A program made the translations under genes and the position numbers. The notes under the pieces are model-generated. The model was given only the letters and a program-made list of their open reading frames with translations, did no database searches and was not told where the DNA came from. DNA of 63,682 nucleotides, filler included, from Lenisia limosa (Eukaryota; Protista; Breviatea), in the NCBI GenBank assembly GCA_001655205.1. It is 12 parts of 12 records of this genome, joined end to end, with 100 filler letters (N's around TTAATTAATTAA, not from the genome) between each part and the next. Parts side by side here need not be neighbours in the genome. Positions count along the whole stretch, not along the records: positions 1 to 18,688 come from LPNZ01000373.1; 11 more parts are not named here. The stretch is one strand, 5' to 3'. The first letter of the stretch is position 1, and each line of letters begins with the position of its first letter. Shown piece after piece: positions 1-14,559 of the stretch.

Positions 1-24
1 TTACTTTCAATACTAATTTGACAG

Positions 25-551
25 GGCTGATTCAACTGCTGAGCTTTTTGAGAGAATCTTATCGGGCAAGTTCGAATTCTATGGAGAAGGTGAGGGGTTA
101 GCTGCTGCTTTTCAAGTGTTTTTTTTGGGAGGTTTATAGTTTAGCCTGGGAAGTTGTTTCGCACTCAGCCCGCGACTTTGTTGAAAAGACTCTGATCCTT
201 GACCCTAAGAAGCGTCTCACTGCTCAACAAGTAAGAAATTGATAGTTGTGCCTCATACCATAGTGTTTGGAACATCCATGGGTGGCTGCAATGAATGGTG
301 CCTCAGACAAGTTCCTTGGTAAGACCATTGAAGAAATGAAGGCCTTCAACGCTCGTCGCAAGCTTAAGGTATGTACCTCATCCCAATATAGGTGATGGTG
401 TGGATACAATTGTTTTATTTCTCAAAACAGTATATTATATCATTTCGTCATATATTACCGAATTGATTCTCATCCGTTTCATTAATTTTTTCAGGGAGCC
501 ATGATGGCAGTTGCGGGTGCCCAAGCCATGATTGGCAAACTCAAGCTCTAA
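25..551 (+). CDS. Ca2+/calmodulin-dependent protein kinase, 3' part (4 exons; 5' part outside window)
   Basis: Exons 25-89, 145-230, 264-368 and 495-551 with GT-AG introns give ADSTAELFERILSGKFEFYGEAWEVVSHSARDFVEKTLILDPKKRLTAQQCLEHPWV...MKAFNARRKLKGAMMAV...KL*. This is kinase subdomains X-XI plus the FNARRKLKG autoinhibitory/CaM-binding motif typical of CaMKs. Confidence 0.9.
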
Positions 552-692
552 CCTCTTCTTGTAGATATATTTATTTCTTGTTTCTCCAATTCGTGTTTTC
601 AAAGAAAGAAAGTTCTATTATACAGGAAACAAGAGTCACACACTCATAGAAACAGCTGCTCTCCTCAGCGAGAGAAAACAAGAAAAAAAAAA

Positions 693-2851
693 CTATTGCA
701 AAATATCAGCGCTGATCATTCCATCCAATGACGATTGGAAAATGTCACCTCCAGTATGATGCATGGGCTAAATTAAAATGAATCACTGACAAATATAAAA
801 ATCATTCCTACCATTTGCTGTTGGTAAACCATGTGATCAAGCTGAGGGAGATCCATTTGATAGGATGAGCGGGACTGATTTGATATGGGAAGAACTAGAT
901 TAGGGAGGCTAGCTAAATCATCTTGTCTTTGTCGTTTCTAAAGTGTGAAGGTAAATCATCTGAGCTTTTCAAAGAGGGATTCTAACAATGTGTCAACTGA
1001 CCGTGCCAAAGATTCTAAGCTAATCAAGGAAGTCCACCATAGAGTGAAACCCAAAACAAACCGAGGGATGGTGTTGAGAGAGTGTGGGAAATTCGGGTGT
1101 CATTGGCGATCCGGGAATACTCTAAATGGTAAGTGAGTTACGGAAAAGATAGGAAAACAAGGTTCAACAACTACTCACAGAGAAAGGATGGGGAGGGGAC
1201 TTTGATTTTGCCTCATCAATAGCTTTGGAGACTAAAGAATGAACAAAGGAACCAGAGAGCCTACGTGGAGAACTAGGCACAGATGGCTGTGATGGAAGCT
1301 GGTCTTCGCTATTCATTCCTGGCTGTTGTTGATTCAACTGACTGGAAAATTAAAAAAAGTAAAGATAATTGATTCGACAGAAAAGCTCAATTCCCCTCAA
1401 AACTTAAAAAACATATTTGACAGGAACCCTAAAAGCTTGGTGAGCGTTTTTTGCTGCTCTTGCTGTCTTGAGTTGGACTGGTAGATTTCTCTCCAAAGAC
1501 TAAATTGTCAAGAATATGAGATATACATATGATCAATATGAAATGTACATCCTCCACTCGGATTGGACAGATCTGATGTTTTACTATTATCATCATTTAG
1601 TGTCATTCTGTCACCAAAATGGAGATCTCAAGTGGAGGAGGTGGATCTCAACAGCAGCGTTCACGCAGGTAGCTACTGCTGATGTAGGCAGGTCATTGTC
1701 TCCTCCTTTCCTCCTTTGAAAAACCCCATCATTTATCAATTCAAAGCCGTAATATGCAGTGCTGTCTTCATAACGGATCACTCCATTATTCGAACATACA
1801 TTTTTAAATAAAATCCATTATTCACCGACGCAGCAAAAATGAAAAACAAAAACAATAGCTGATCAAGAGCATATTTGAGCATGATGTAAGGAGTACTACT
1901 ATTGGTAAAAACAAGCATATAAGGCACGCTTTTAGAAAGTCACTCAACACCAAACTGATATTACTTGGAAGAAACACATACATTCCTCCACTAACTGTTC
2001 ATTTTCAGCAGAAATTCGTTGAAGAGCTTGAACCATTGCCTCTTGGCTTTGCTTTAACTCAGAGAGTTCACTTCGCACTTTGTCAACATCTGCTGAAGCT
2101 AAAAGATAAACATACCCAACTTTTAGCATACCTTGAACTGGTACTTTCTCCGCTTGCTTGCGTTTAATTGCAGATCTCAGTTCCGGTCGATCATTTCGAA
2201 ACTGATCATGTGTGAACTCCAACACGTCAACAAGCCCATTTGATTGACCATCAGGGTCAGTCAACTTACGAAAGCCATATAAATTAAGCTGGCGAATGAA
2301 ACTGCTCATGTTGCTGGTGGGCATTATTGATTGAAATGCAATTAGAAAAAGACGGGAAGTTGAATTGAATCCTATCTTACTTGTGTTTGAAGTACTTTGG
2401 CAGAATTGTGTTGGAGAAAAGATGCGCATCCATAATTTCAAAAGAATTAAAGGACTTCCATCTAACAATATGCTGAGTTGAAACATCATCCACCAAAACT
2501 CCAAGCTTTGAGATGAAACCTGCAACCTAAAGTGTGAGGGAGGGGTGTGGGCGTAGGGGTGTATCAAATGTAAAAAAAATAAAAATACCACAAACCAATC
2601 ATGGTATTTTAAAACAAATTAGCTAATAAAAGGCCCAAAGGGCAAGATACTGAATCAGGTTTATTTGGTGAAGGACAAAGAAAAGGTAAAACCAAAAGAA
2701 AGCCCGTCAGGCCAAGGCCTACCGATGATTTTGGCCCAGGCTGCTCGGGAGGTGTTGCTTGCACATCGGGAATGGGTAGGGACTGAGAAGAGGGTGGTTG
2801 CATCCCGTTGAAGGACGATCTTGTGCCATACATTCTAGGCTCATGGGACAT
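693..2851 (-). CDS. HSF: Heat shock transcription factor (HSF DNA-binding domain, multi-exon)
   Basis: Spliced minus-strand frame MSHEPRMYG...PKSS|VAGFISKLGVLVDDVSTQHIVRWKSFNSFEIMDAHLFSNTILPKYFKH|SNMSSFIRQLNLYGFRK (HSF DBD signature), followed by a heptad-like segment VRSELSELKQSQEAMVQALQRIS. The C-terminal exons (ending PMHHTGGDIFQSSLDGMISADILQ* at 693) are less certain. Confidence 0.88.
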
Positions 2852-3401
2852 TGTAATCGAAATAGTATTTATAAAGTTAAAATACAATTCAAAAAGTTCA
2901 AAAATCGGCTGAAATGAGAATAATAATCGAGAATTTTCTGGAGAGCAGTAGAATATTCAAGAAGTAGCTCCAATTTTACCTTCAGAACTATTTGACGCAG
3001 GCAACTTGAAGTTGAGGTGGAATGTGATCCTGATTAAGCTGATAAAATGAAACTATATCGCCCTAGACAAGGTGTGGTAAAATAAAGCTCAATAACTCTT
3101 ACTATAAGATTAATACTTCAAATATCTCCCTATTTTCTTTTATTATTCAGATATGATTTCCTTATTTTAAGGATAAAATACTGAAAAAAACTTTGATTGG
3201 TTTTTTCTCAAAAGCTGATTAACACAGGATTAACATGGAGTAGGAAAAAATATAACGTCAAGTATATAAACCCCGCATGTACTGCGACTATATAAAGAAT
3301 TTTTTTGGTTTTTTTTCCTCTTTCTTTTATTGGTTATTGGTTTGAGTGAGTGCCTGTTATTATTATTAAAATTTAAAACTGTTGAACCTGTGTATTCAGA
3401 A

Positions 3402-5282
3402 ATGAATCACAATCCTCAGGAAAACAGGAACCAACAATGTACGATTTACGTTGGTAGTTTGGCTCCTGAAGTCACTGAAACGATATTATGGGAGCTTATG
3501 ATTCAAGCAGGTCCTTTAGGTAACGATTCGGATTCAAAAGTGACTTATTTTATTTAGTGAATGTTCATATTCCCAAAGATAAGATTTCAGGACAAGTTCA
3601 GGGTTTTGGATTTGTAGAGTTTAAAACAGAGGAGGATGCAGCTTACGCTGCGCTTGTTATGAACATGGTCAGACTTTATGGCCGTTCAATCAAGGTTAAC
3701 AGAGTATGCTGGGTTTATATTTCTTTTTGTTGTCATGATAATTGAATACTTACACAATTAGGCCTCAGCAGATAAAAAAATCCAAGATATTGGTGCCAAC
3801 CTCTTTATTGGTAATCTTGCCCCCGAAGTTGACGAAAAATTGCTATACGATACTTTCTCAGCCTTTGGATGCATCATCAACAACACTCCCAAGGTATGTC
3901 TCTTCCCCTTTCTTCCATTTCTTAGTTCTGATTGATATTCTTTGCCGTTTTTTCATGATTTACAACGCGTTTAGGTGATGCGAGATGTTGACACCAGTGT
4001 TTCAAAAGGATTTGCGTTTGTCAACTACGACAATTTTGAGTCGTCTGACGCAGCCATTGAGGCAATGAGGGGACAGTTTTTCTGTGGAAGGTGAGCATAG
4101 ACTTGTTTGTCTTTAATATTATTAGAAACATATCGGTGCAGTATGCTTTCAAGAGAGAATCAAGAGAGCGTCATGGTGGAGCGGCAGGTTTGTAGTTTGG
4201 GAGCATGTAAAGCGTCTAACACCGCAGAGCGATTAATTGCTAAGACTAATCCAATTTCTGCAACGACCAGGAAGCCGCATAGTCTCTTTGCTGCAGGTAG
4301 GAGGGTTAAAGGGGATTGTATTTTAATTTTAGCCTTTCCTTCCATTTTCTTTCATTCTTGCTTTTTAAAAAAATTAATTGGACCTTTTGCAGTAGGCTTG
4401 AAAAGGTTTAATAGAAACTTACAACATTACAATGTTGATTTTAGTTTTATTCGCTGAAACAAAACAATGTTTCTTCCTCTTTCTTTTTTTTCTTTTTGGA
4501 TTGGTCTTGATAATGTCAACCACCTATTGAACCCAGACTCATTTCCTAGGACCATTGGACCGTCGAGGCCCTGGCCAAGAGCCCGCTCAAGGTGGGTTTT
4601 CTCTCTTTATTGCCATTTTGGGTATTGCTTATCTTTTTAGAAGAAGCAGGTGCTCTTGCTGCGACCACTGCATCAATCACAATCCCTGGCGCCCCTATGG
4701 TAAGGAATGGCATAAAGGCTTTCTCTTCAAAAATCTCTGTTATCTGGTTGAATTCATATTTATGATAACAAATTCCACAGGGTATGCCCGCCATGCAGTT
4801 CCCCCCCGCCTTCCCTGGTCAACCAGCGGTTTGTGGAGTTTTGCTTTTAGTCCCCCCTTTTCCCTCTGACGACCTTAGATGCCGATGCCACCCGCTTTCC
4901 TCCCCGGCATGCCACAAATGCCCCCGATGGGCATGCCCCCCATGCCCACTATGCCGGGCCAGCCTCCCGCTGCCTTCCCTCCCATGGCTGGCGGTAAGAG
5001 GGAATCAATCACTCTTATACCTAATATGTGTTTTCCACAGCTTTTTACAATTTCTTTATTATCTCACTTCTACATATTGGTCATATTTATTTTTATTACC
5101 TATTTGCTTCTTTTTCTTTTTTTTTATCTTATTGATCTCTCTGTGTCAGCTCTCTCTCCTCTCCGTCTGTTCCCATCGAAACACTTACCTTTTTTTTAGC
5201 TGCACCACCCTTCATGATGATGCCGCCTGTTCCCGGAATGCCCGTTCCAGTCACCCCTGGTGCTATTCCTCAGGCTATGTAA
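3402..5282 (+). CDS. SF3B4: Splicing factor 3B subunit 4 (SAP49/Hsh49): two RRMs plus Pro/Met-rich tail
   Basis: [31 protein letters not shown]|[49 protein letters not shown]; RRM2 [26 protein letters not shown]...[22 protein letters not shown]...ERHGGAAERLIA; proline-rich tail ending PQAM* at 5280-5282. Confidence 0.95.
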
Positions 5283-5743
5283 CTTATCTTGTACAACAAT
5301 GGATTCTATGTTCTATGAAATTATTTGATTTCACCCATGTGGTTTCAAATATTTAATCCTGATATTTTTTTTCTTTTCTTTTTTTTGCGCATTGCGTTGT
5401 ATGGGAGGGTGTCTGACTATGGTCAGACGGCTTGATGTGTACTGTTTTTATTGATGGGTGGTTGGAAATTTATTATTGGTTTACAGCATTCGTAATTCAA
5501 CAATAAGAACAAAGAACATAAGGACTGACACAGGGAAAAATTGGGAAATGGCTACAATTATTACCAGGGGCCCAACCAGGCCCCCCGAGCCCCCCAACTG
5601 CAACCACTGCAACAACCAACCTGCACCTTGCCTACCCTGCCATCTTAAAAGGATTATATAAAGAAGAAAGCTGGGGAAAAGAGACGTTAAGCTCAACCAC
5701 GCCCTCTCCTCTCTCTCTCCCCACCCCCCAACCAACAGTCCAA

Positions 5744-8594
<2,851 letters not shown>

Positions 8595-8793
8595 ATTATT
8601 AGTTTCTTTTTTGACAACTCACATGATCTTTACCTTCTGTGATGGGAAAAAAAATGGAAGGTTTATCTGGGTTCTGCGACTGACATATGATATCTGTATC
8701 GAGTGCAGAAGACAACATTATCATATCTTCCTCAGAAAAATAGAATGCATTGAAAAATAAAATAAAAAACTAAAAAAATAAAGAACATTACAC

Positions 8794-10315
8794 CTAAGCC
8801 ATTCCCATAGTTTCCTCATCACTGTCATCTTCACCCTGAAGGGTAAACCAATTTTCAAGAATCGAAAACAGACCTCTTGTTGAGCTGCCATCTCAAGCTC
8901 CTTGAGGATTCTGTCAAGGTCCTTGTCATCAACATCTGTAACGGCACGTGCCTCCTGCTTGACAACCATGGTTCCCTTCTCCGAGAGAATCGACTCCTTT
9001 ATGACCTCAATACACCTTTGATGTGAGAAATTTAAGCACGGTCTCTCCCTACTTGTTAAGATCAACAATTCCTTGCTCCTTATCGAAGGATTGGGCAGTC
9101 AACACAAAGAGGGGAGGGGAAATCAGTTTGATCTAAAGGAATGTTAATGTATTCTCAAGTGCCTAGTACAACCAGCTTACGCTAACAACCTCCTCTCCGT
9201 CACGCGTAACAGCAGCCTTTCCAGCAAGGAGTGCCCTCTTAATGGCGTTGATGCCTTCGTACTCGAAGCAGGAAACTGAACCGGTAAAACCAGCAGTTTC
9301 AACATTGGCCAAGGAAAACAGCAAAGAAAATCTACCTTCAACATCAGCACGGAAGCGAATAACTTGGGGAGTAAAACGACGAGCAATATTCACCTTCAAC
9401 TAAGAGGGTTAGCGCCGAGCAATGTGAAACGAGAACTCTCACATACCGCATTGAGCTCGGCTTCATTCAGGCCATACTTCTCAATAATAGTCGGGTCACC
9501 GTCCCTATTATGTTACTCAGACCATTTCTACAGGCTGGAATCACCCCGCTTACTGAGACATAACCAGCTTAAAGGCGTCCCACGCGTGACCAAAGGCTTT
9601 GTAAAGAGGCCATGTGATTTTCTGAATAATTAAAACAATATTGGAGCCTATTTGAAGCTTAATTTCAGATTCCCACATTATTGAGATCTTCAAGAGGTTG
9701 CTCAGTAACTTCAGCAACATGGCGCATGATGGAGTTGACCTATACAATAAGAAAAGCAATTAATAAAAATACTCACATCCTTAGACTTGACATATTTGTC
9801 CTCAAAGCGAGCAACATCATCAGCTGAAACACGGCGCTTTGACAAATCAATGTAACCTTGTGCATGAGAAATCTCTCAGAGAACAAAAAAGTATACACAC
9901 CCTTCTCTTTGTCAACACGAAGAACAAGTACGATTTCTTGACGGCCAACACGAATAAGCTTATTCACAGAACGAATACGCCTGCGAGAAAGCTCTGAGAG
10001 AAGAATCATACCCTGAAAAAGGTTAACAAAATACGATCGCCGTCTCTCTGTCCATAAATTTATTTTCATTTATTCAGAAATTAGATTTACTGATAAAAGC
10101 AAGCATTGAAAAAGCAAACCTCAATGTTGTTGTACTCAATCAAAGAAACATACGCTCCCATTTCGGCAATTGACTTCACTTGAACCATAACAAGCTCCTC
10201 AACCTGAAAATAAGGTCAGCAAATCATCAATAAGAAAGTTATATTCCCTAATTAAACAGCCACCTACCTCTGGGTACTTGTTTTCATACCAACGGCATCT
10301 GTAAACGTCCGACAT
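8794..10315 (-). CDS. EIF2S1: Eukaryotic translation initiation factor 2 alpha subunit
   Basis: [16 protein letters not shown]|[26 protein letters not shown]...[26 protein letters not shown] (the conserved ELSRRRIRS phospho-acceptor motif)...[17 protein letters not shown]...[14 protein letters not shown]...acidic end [13 protein letters not shown]. Confidence 0.97.
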
Positions 10316-10451
10316 GTTGAATATTACAAAAAAGGCCTGTTACAACAATGTTCGGAATTATTTAGCTTTTACGGTAGCGTATGGTCGCCGTAGCCATCGT
10401 TTTTTTTTTTTTCAAAAAAAGGCGGGCGTGGAAACAGGACTAATTACCAAA

Positions 10452-10847
10452 ATGAATATTGACCACGAAGTTGAGCAGCTCAAGGAGTTCATCAAGCGTC
10501 TTGGTATGATGGCTCCTCGTAACCTAGGACCCATACTGCAACATACACAGTCAAATAACAATATATAGGTGAATGTAGAGAAGATGGCACCTATGCTGTC
10601 AAATTTGGTGTTCTTTTTGGTGACAAAGATTCTCAAAATGTTTTCGAGGCTCTCGTTGGAACCCTTCGCGTAAGCTTTGGCGTGTTTAAGTAATTTCTTC
10701 ATCTGTTTTTTGTGTTTTTTTTCTCAAGATCGTTCCTTCTCACCCTTCCCACAGGCAGCCAAAAAACGTGGGGTAATTGACTTTAAGGGTCAAATGCTTC
10801 TTTCTCCAATGCATGACGATGTTGATGTTGTTCTTCTTCAAGAATAG
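10452..10847 (+). CDS. ABRACL: Costars-family protein (ABRACL/CosA-like), 3 exons
   Basis: Spliced product MNIDHEVEQLKEFIKRLG|ECREDGTYAVKFGVLFGDKDSQNVFEALVGTLR|AAKKRGVIDFKGQMLLSPMHDDVDVVLLQE* (81 aa) matches the Costars domain pattern (VKFGVLF...FEALVGTL.AAK...HDDVD). Confidence 0.93.
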
Positions 10848-10954
10848 AATATGTGTTTTTCTTGTCTGACAACGTAATGAAGAGGCATGTGCAATAGGGG
10901 GGTGTGGGTGTATCAATTCACAAGAAATAAAAGGGGAAAGATCAAAAAATATAA

Positions 10955-11939
10955 TTACTCGGCTTTGGTTTCCTCTTTCTCCTCAGAAACGGGCTCTTCT
11001 TTCTTCTCTTCCTCAGCTGGCTTGGACTCTTCAACCTTCTCTTCAGGCTTCTCTTCAACCTTCTTTTCAACCTTTTCCTCTTCCTTCTCAGCCTCCTCAA
11101 CATTTTTCTCACCTTCTTCCTTGGCATCTTCAGCAGCATCAGCTTGTTCTTTCAACTCTTCCATCTCCTTCTGTGCCTTCTCAAAGGCATCCTTGAAAAG
11201 GCCAGCATCTACAAGCATTAAACAGCCCCTTTTCTCACTATCACTATTCATGAACCCCTTATTCATGAACCCCTTATACTGGTCTTGTCCTTGAAACGAA
11301 TGGCAAGAGTCTCCATTTTGGGTTCACCATCAGAGAAATCAGCGGGAGTGATATAAACCCATGCACGGTCACTTGAAGGGTTGACCTTCAACTAATGTGT
11401 CAAAAAAGCAAATATTGTGTAAGAAAATAGTATGCGAAAATAGATGTCCATTTTCCCCAAACATGCAGCAAACCTCAATCTGAGGAAGGCACAAATGGTT
11501 AGCACAAATTTTTAAAGTTTTATCACGTCTCATCAGAACACGAGACTTCTTGGTTTCGGTATGCTTGAGGATCTATAACAATAAATCTGAAATATACTCT
11601 GTCTAAAACATGTTTTCTGCTGTAAAGGGTGAGGGAAGGTGATGTCAAGCACAAGTTTTCGATCCAACTCCAGACCTTGCAGTCTCCAACACCGCGCTCC
11701 TTCCATTCCTCATCCCATCTGAAAAGCTTGGCACGGCTGTACTGTCAAAACATCCTTAATTCCAGAAACATACATAGAGAAAACAGTTTCTTCGCCTTCC
11801 TCGCCGGTTACAGTGTCCACATTCTCAAGTTGGACAAGAGGCTTGTAGGCATTGGGGTCAGCGGCCTGTTTTGTGAACAAAAAAAATTCTTCATAAATTT
11901 AAAAAATAGAAAAACCTCTCAACTTACTTCTTCAGACAT
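10955..11939 (-). CDS. RANBP1: Ran-binding protein 1 (RanBP1/Yrb1) with acidic tail
   Basis: MSEE|[30 protein letters not shown]...[20 protein letters not shown]|[27 protein letters not shown]...|[13 protein letters not shown]...ETLAIRF; Glu/Lys-rich C-terminus. Confidence 0.95.
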
Positions 11940-12433
11940 AGTGCAAATGAGTGTTTTTGGGAGGGTATTTTTTGTAAAATAGCATGGCAACTCTCCGGTT
12001 GACACATTTAAATTCAAACCGAGCCTTTTTCTGTTGCCGGCCCGAGAATCGGACTTTTTAATGGGTGGAACCAGGTAAAAGATATATACACCCCATGTTT
12101 TCCCGCTTTTCCTCTTCCTAACTCTGTATACCCGCCATGTACCCGCTTCTACCCCTATCATCTGTGACATCTGTGTGTGGGTGGCTAGTACAGGGCTGAA
12201 CCGAACTGAGACCCCCCCCTTCCCCCACTACAACTATACTATACTAAGCTTTGTAGCAGCTGAAGGCTCCCCCACAATTTTCTGGCAAGGAGGAGCCAGG
12301 TCATATCCTGAGTCTATCAGTTCATCACACTCCAATCGTCCTTTCACAGTCCCGTGCCCCCAAATCCCGCTATCCTCCCCTGGTAATTGCCCTTCAGCGT
12401 CCCAAAATAAATACTCTTTACGTATATTACAGG

Positions 12434-14427
12434 ATGTACATTGTTGGTTGTATGACTGGTATGCTCTTAATTTTGCCATCTTATTTCTAGGAACATCTCT
12501 TGATGGGATTGACGTGGCTCTTGTTGAGGTGAGCTGAGAAAACTGATTTCTTTCAAGTATAAGTTGATTTTTCAAACACGGCTACTTACTCTCTAGTTTG
12601 ATAAAGACAGCATTAGTCCTAGATTCATCTCCCATCTCGCATGTTACATGCCAAAAAATTTACAGGTTTGCTAAATAAAAAGAGAAGCAAATATTACATC
12701 CCAGAAAGAGTTTAGGCATCTTGCCGAAGGAGGAATGGTAACTGCCTATCAGATGCAACAGTTTGATTCATCTTTATCTCACCTGTCAGAACAGCAATTG
12801 CACTTGGTGATCTCCATGTCACTGCAATTCAAAGGTTGCTCTCGCAAAAAGAAGTCACCCAGAAGGTATTTTTTTTTGGCATCTTCGAGGAAATATATAT
12901 ATGGTTAATCTATGCTGAGTTGCGGAGAGATTTTTAAGGAAGATATGTTTTTGCGAAACGTCTGAGAAATAATGTGATACCCAACGTGATAGCTTTGCAT
13001 AATCCGCAGTACAACCTGTAGGCACTTTACTTGTAAACGCAGAGCTATATGATCGAAATTTTCAGATTACATTATGAACCTAGATTTCTGATGTATCGTT
13101 TATAGTTGCCCATGGACAAACGTAGGACTGGAGTGTCTGTATGGTGTCCTGGTCTTATTTTTTCAGTATTTGGCATGAACCAGAAAAAAGTGTTACATTT
13201 CAACTACTTGAGCCTCATAGAATTACCCATGTATTGAAGGTTCCTGTATTGTACGACTTAAGACAAGCAGATGTTGCGGTTAGTTCTTGACAAAATTGAT
13301 TTCGTTAGGGAGGGGGGCAAGGTGCTCCCATTACTCCAAGAGCAGACCTCTACCTTTATGGGAAACCAAACTCAGTAAGTACTGCTAAATCTCTGTTATT
13401 ACTATTTTAGAAATCAATGGTTGTGAATTTAGGAGGCATTTGCAATGTTACAGTGGTTGACTGTAAATCAAATCCTCAGAACCCCAGTGTTTCTGGAGGG
13501 GATATTGGACCATGTAACTTGCTACTTGATAGAGCGTTTGTTAAGTTATTTCCGAATATGGAGACACCTTATGACAAAGATGGTGCTAACGCTTTATTAG
13601 GTGCGGGTGTAATTACTGTATTCTTACGACCAAGGATCTCCAACTTGTGATGTTTTCTCTAAAATCAAAGAACATCCGTTTTATTCTGGTAATCGAAGCA
13701 CAGGGCGGGAAGACTTTTCAGAGGAATGGGTAGACTCGATCCTTTCTTCCTTTCCAGCTGTTTGTTTTGCTTTATAATTATTCGTCCAGGCTAGCAACAG
13801 TGACTTACTTTCATCATGTGTTCATTCAATTGCACAGATTATTTCAGATTATTACCAAAGTATGCCGGTTGAAACAATCTGCATAAAACCATATGATATG
13901 CACATAGTAGTCATGTTTTCCGTTAAAACTGTAGCCCATTGTCCGGGTAGTGTCACAATTCTCTGTGGTGGAGGAGCAAAGAACAAAGCCCTCCACAAAG
14001 CTGTTGCTGCTCGTGTCCCAAGTACATCGCTGGTGAGGGAAGGGGACTTATTCTATGAGGACTTCGGGCAATTAATAATTGCCAATTTTTAAATGGGTAA
14101 TGTCAACTCAATTTCAGACTCATTAATTTCAAATTTGTCAAATAATTTCTTCAAAAAATGAATTGCACGGAATCGAATATTTTTGGATTCAGCAAACATG
14201 AATTGTTGAATTACATCGTAACATTGTAGTCAGAAGACTTTGGAATTCCAAGTGAAGCAAGGGAAGCAATTTGCTTTGCAAGTGAGATCGGTTTTGTCCT
14301 TGACACCTTAGTTCTTGGTAGAATGGCAGCTACAGGGCAGAGTTATATTGAGCCTTCTGTGACCCAAGGAAATGGCTTAATTGGCGGGGTATGGGCGGGA
14401 CTCGACCGGAAGACTGTATTTGAGTGA
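12434..14427 (+). CDS. anmK: Anhydro-N-acetylmuramic acid kinase family protein (AnmK / levoglucosan kinase family), about 13 introns
   Basis: MYIVGCMTG|TSLDGIDVALVE; IVAHGQT|IWHEP; YDLRQADVA|GGGQGAPITP; VVNLGGICNVT; DIGPCNLLLD; STGREDF; ILCGGGAKN; EAREAICFA|VLG. These are the ordered AnmK family motifs (GTSxDG, HGQT, GGQGAP, NxGGIxN, GPxN, STGRE, CGGG, EA..FA). Confidence 0.92.
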
Positions 14428-14559
14428 ATTCTGATGTAAAAACTTCATCTATCAGCAGTTTCAAGAAGGCTGTTTGCTGACTGTTTATATAGACAACATC
14501 ATATTATGATATCTTAATAATAGATTTAGCACAGACGGATCAGTTTTTAGCCTGCTTTT

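Noticed and set aside
5481-5735. Hydrophobic 84-aa minus-strand ORF between SF3B4 and the kinase
   Set aside because: It starts 8 nt from the kinase ATG with a non-ATG start, overlaps a GC-rich promoter-like tract and shows no recognisable family.
12040-12090. ttttacctgg on the minus strand resembling the U1 snRNA 5' end
   Set aside because: No U1 stem-loops or Sm site follow; it lies in the RanBP1/AnmK promoter region.
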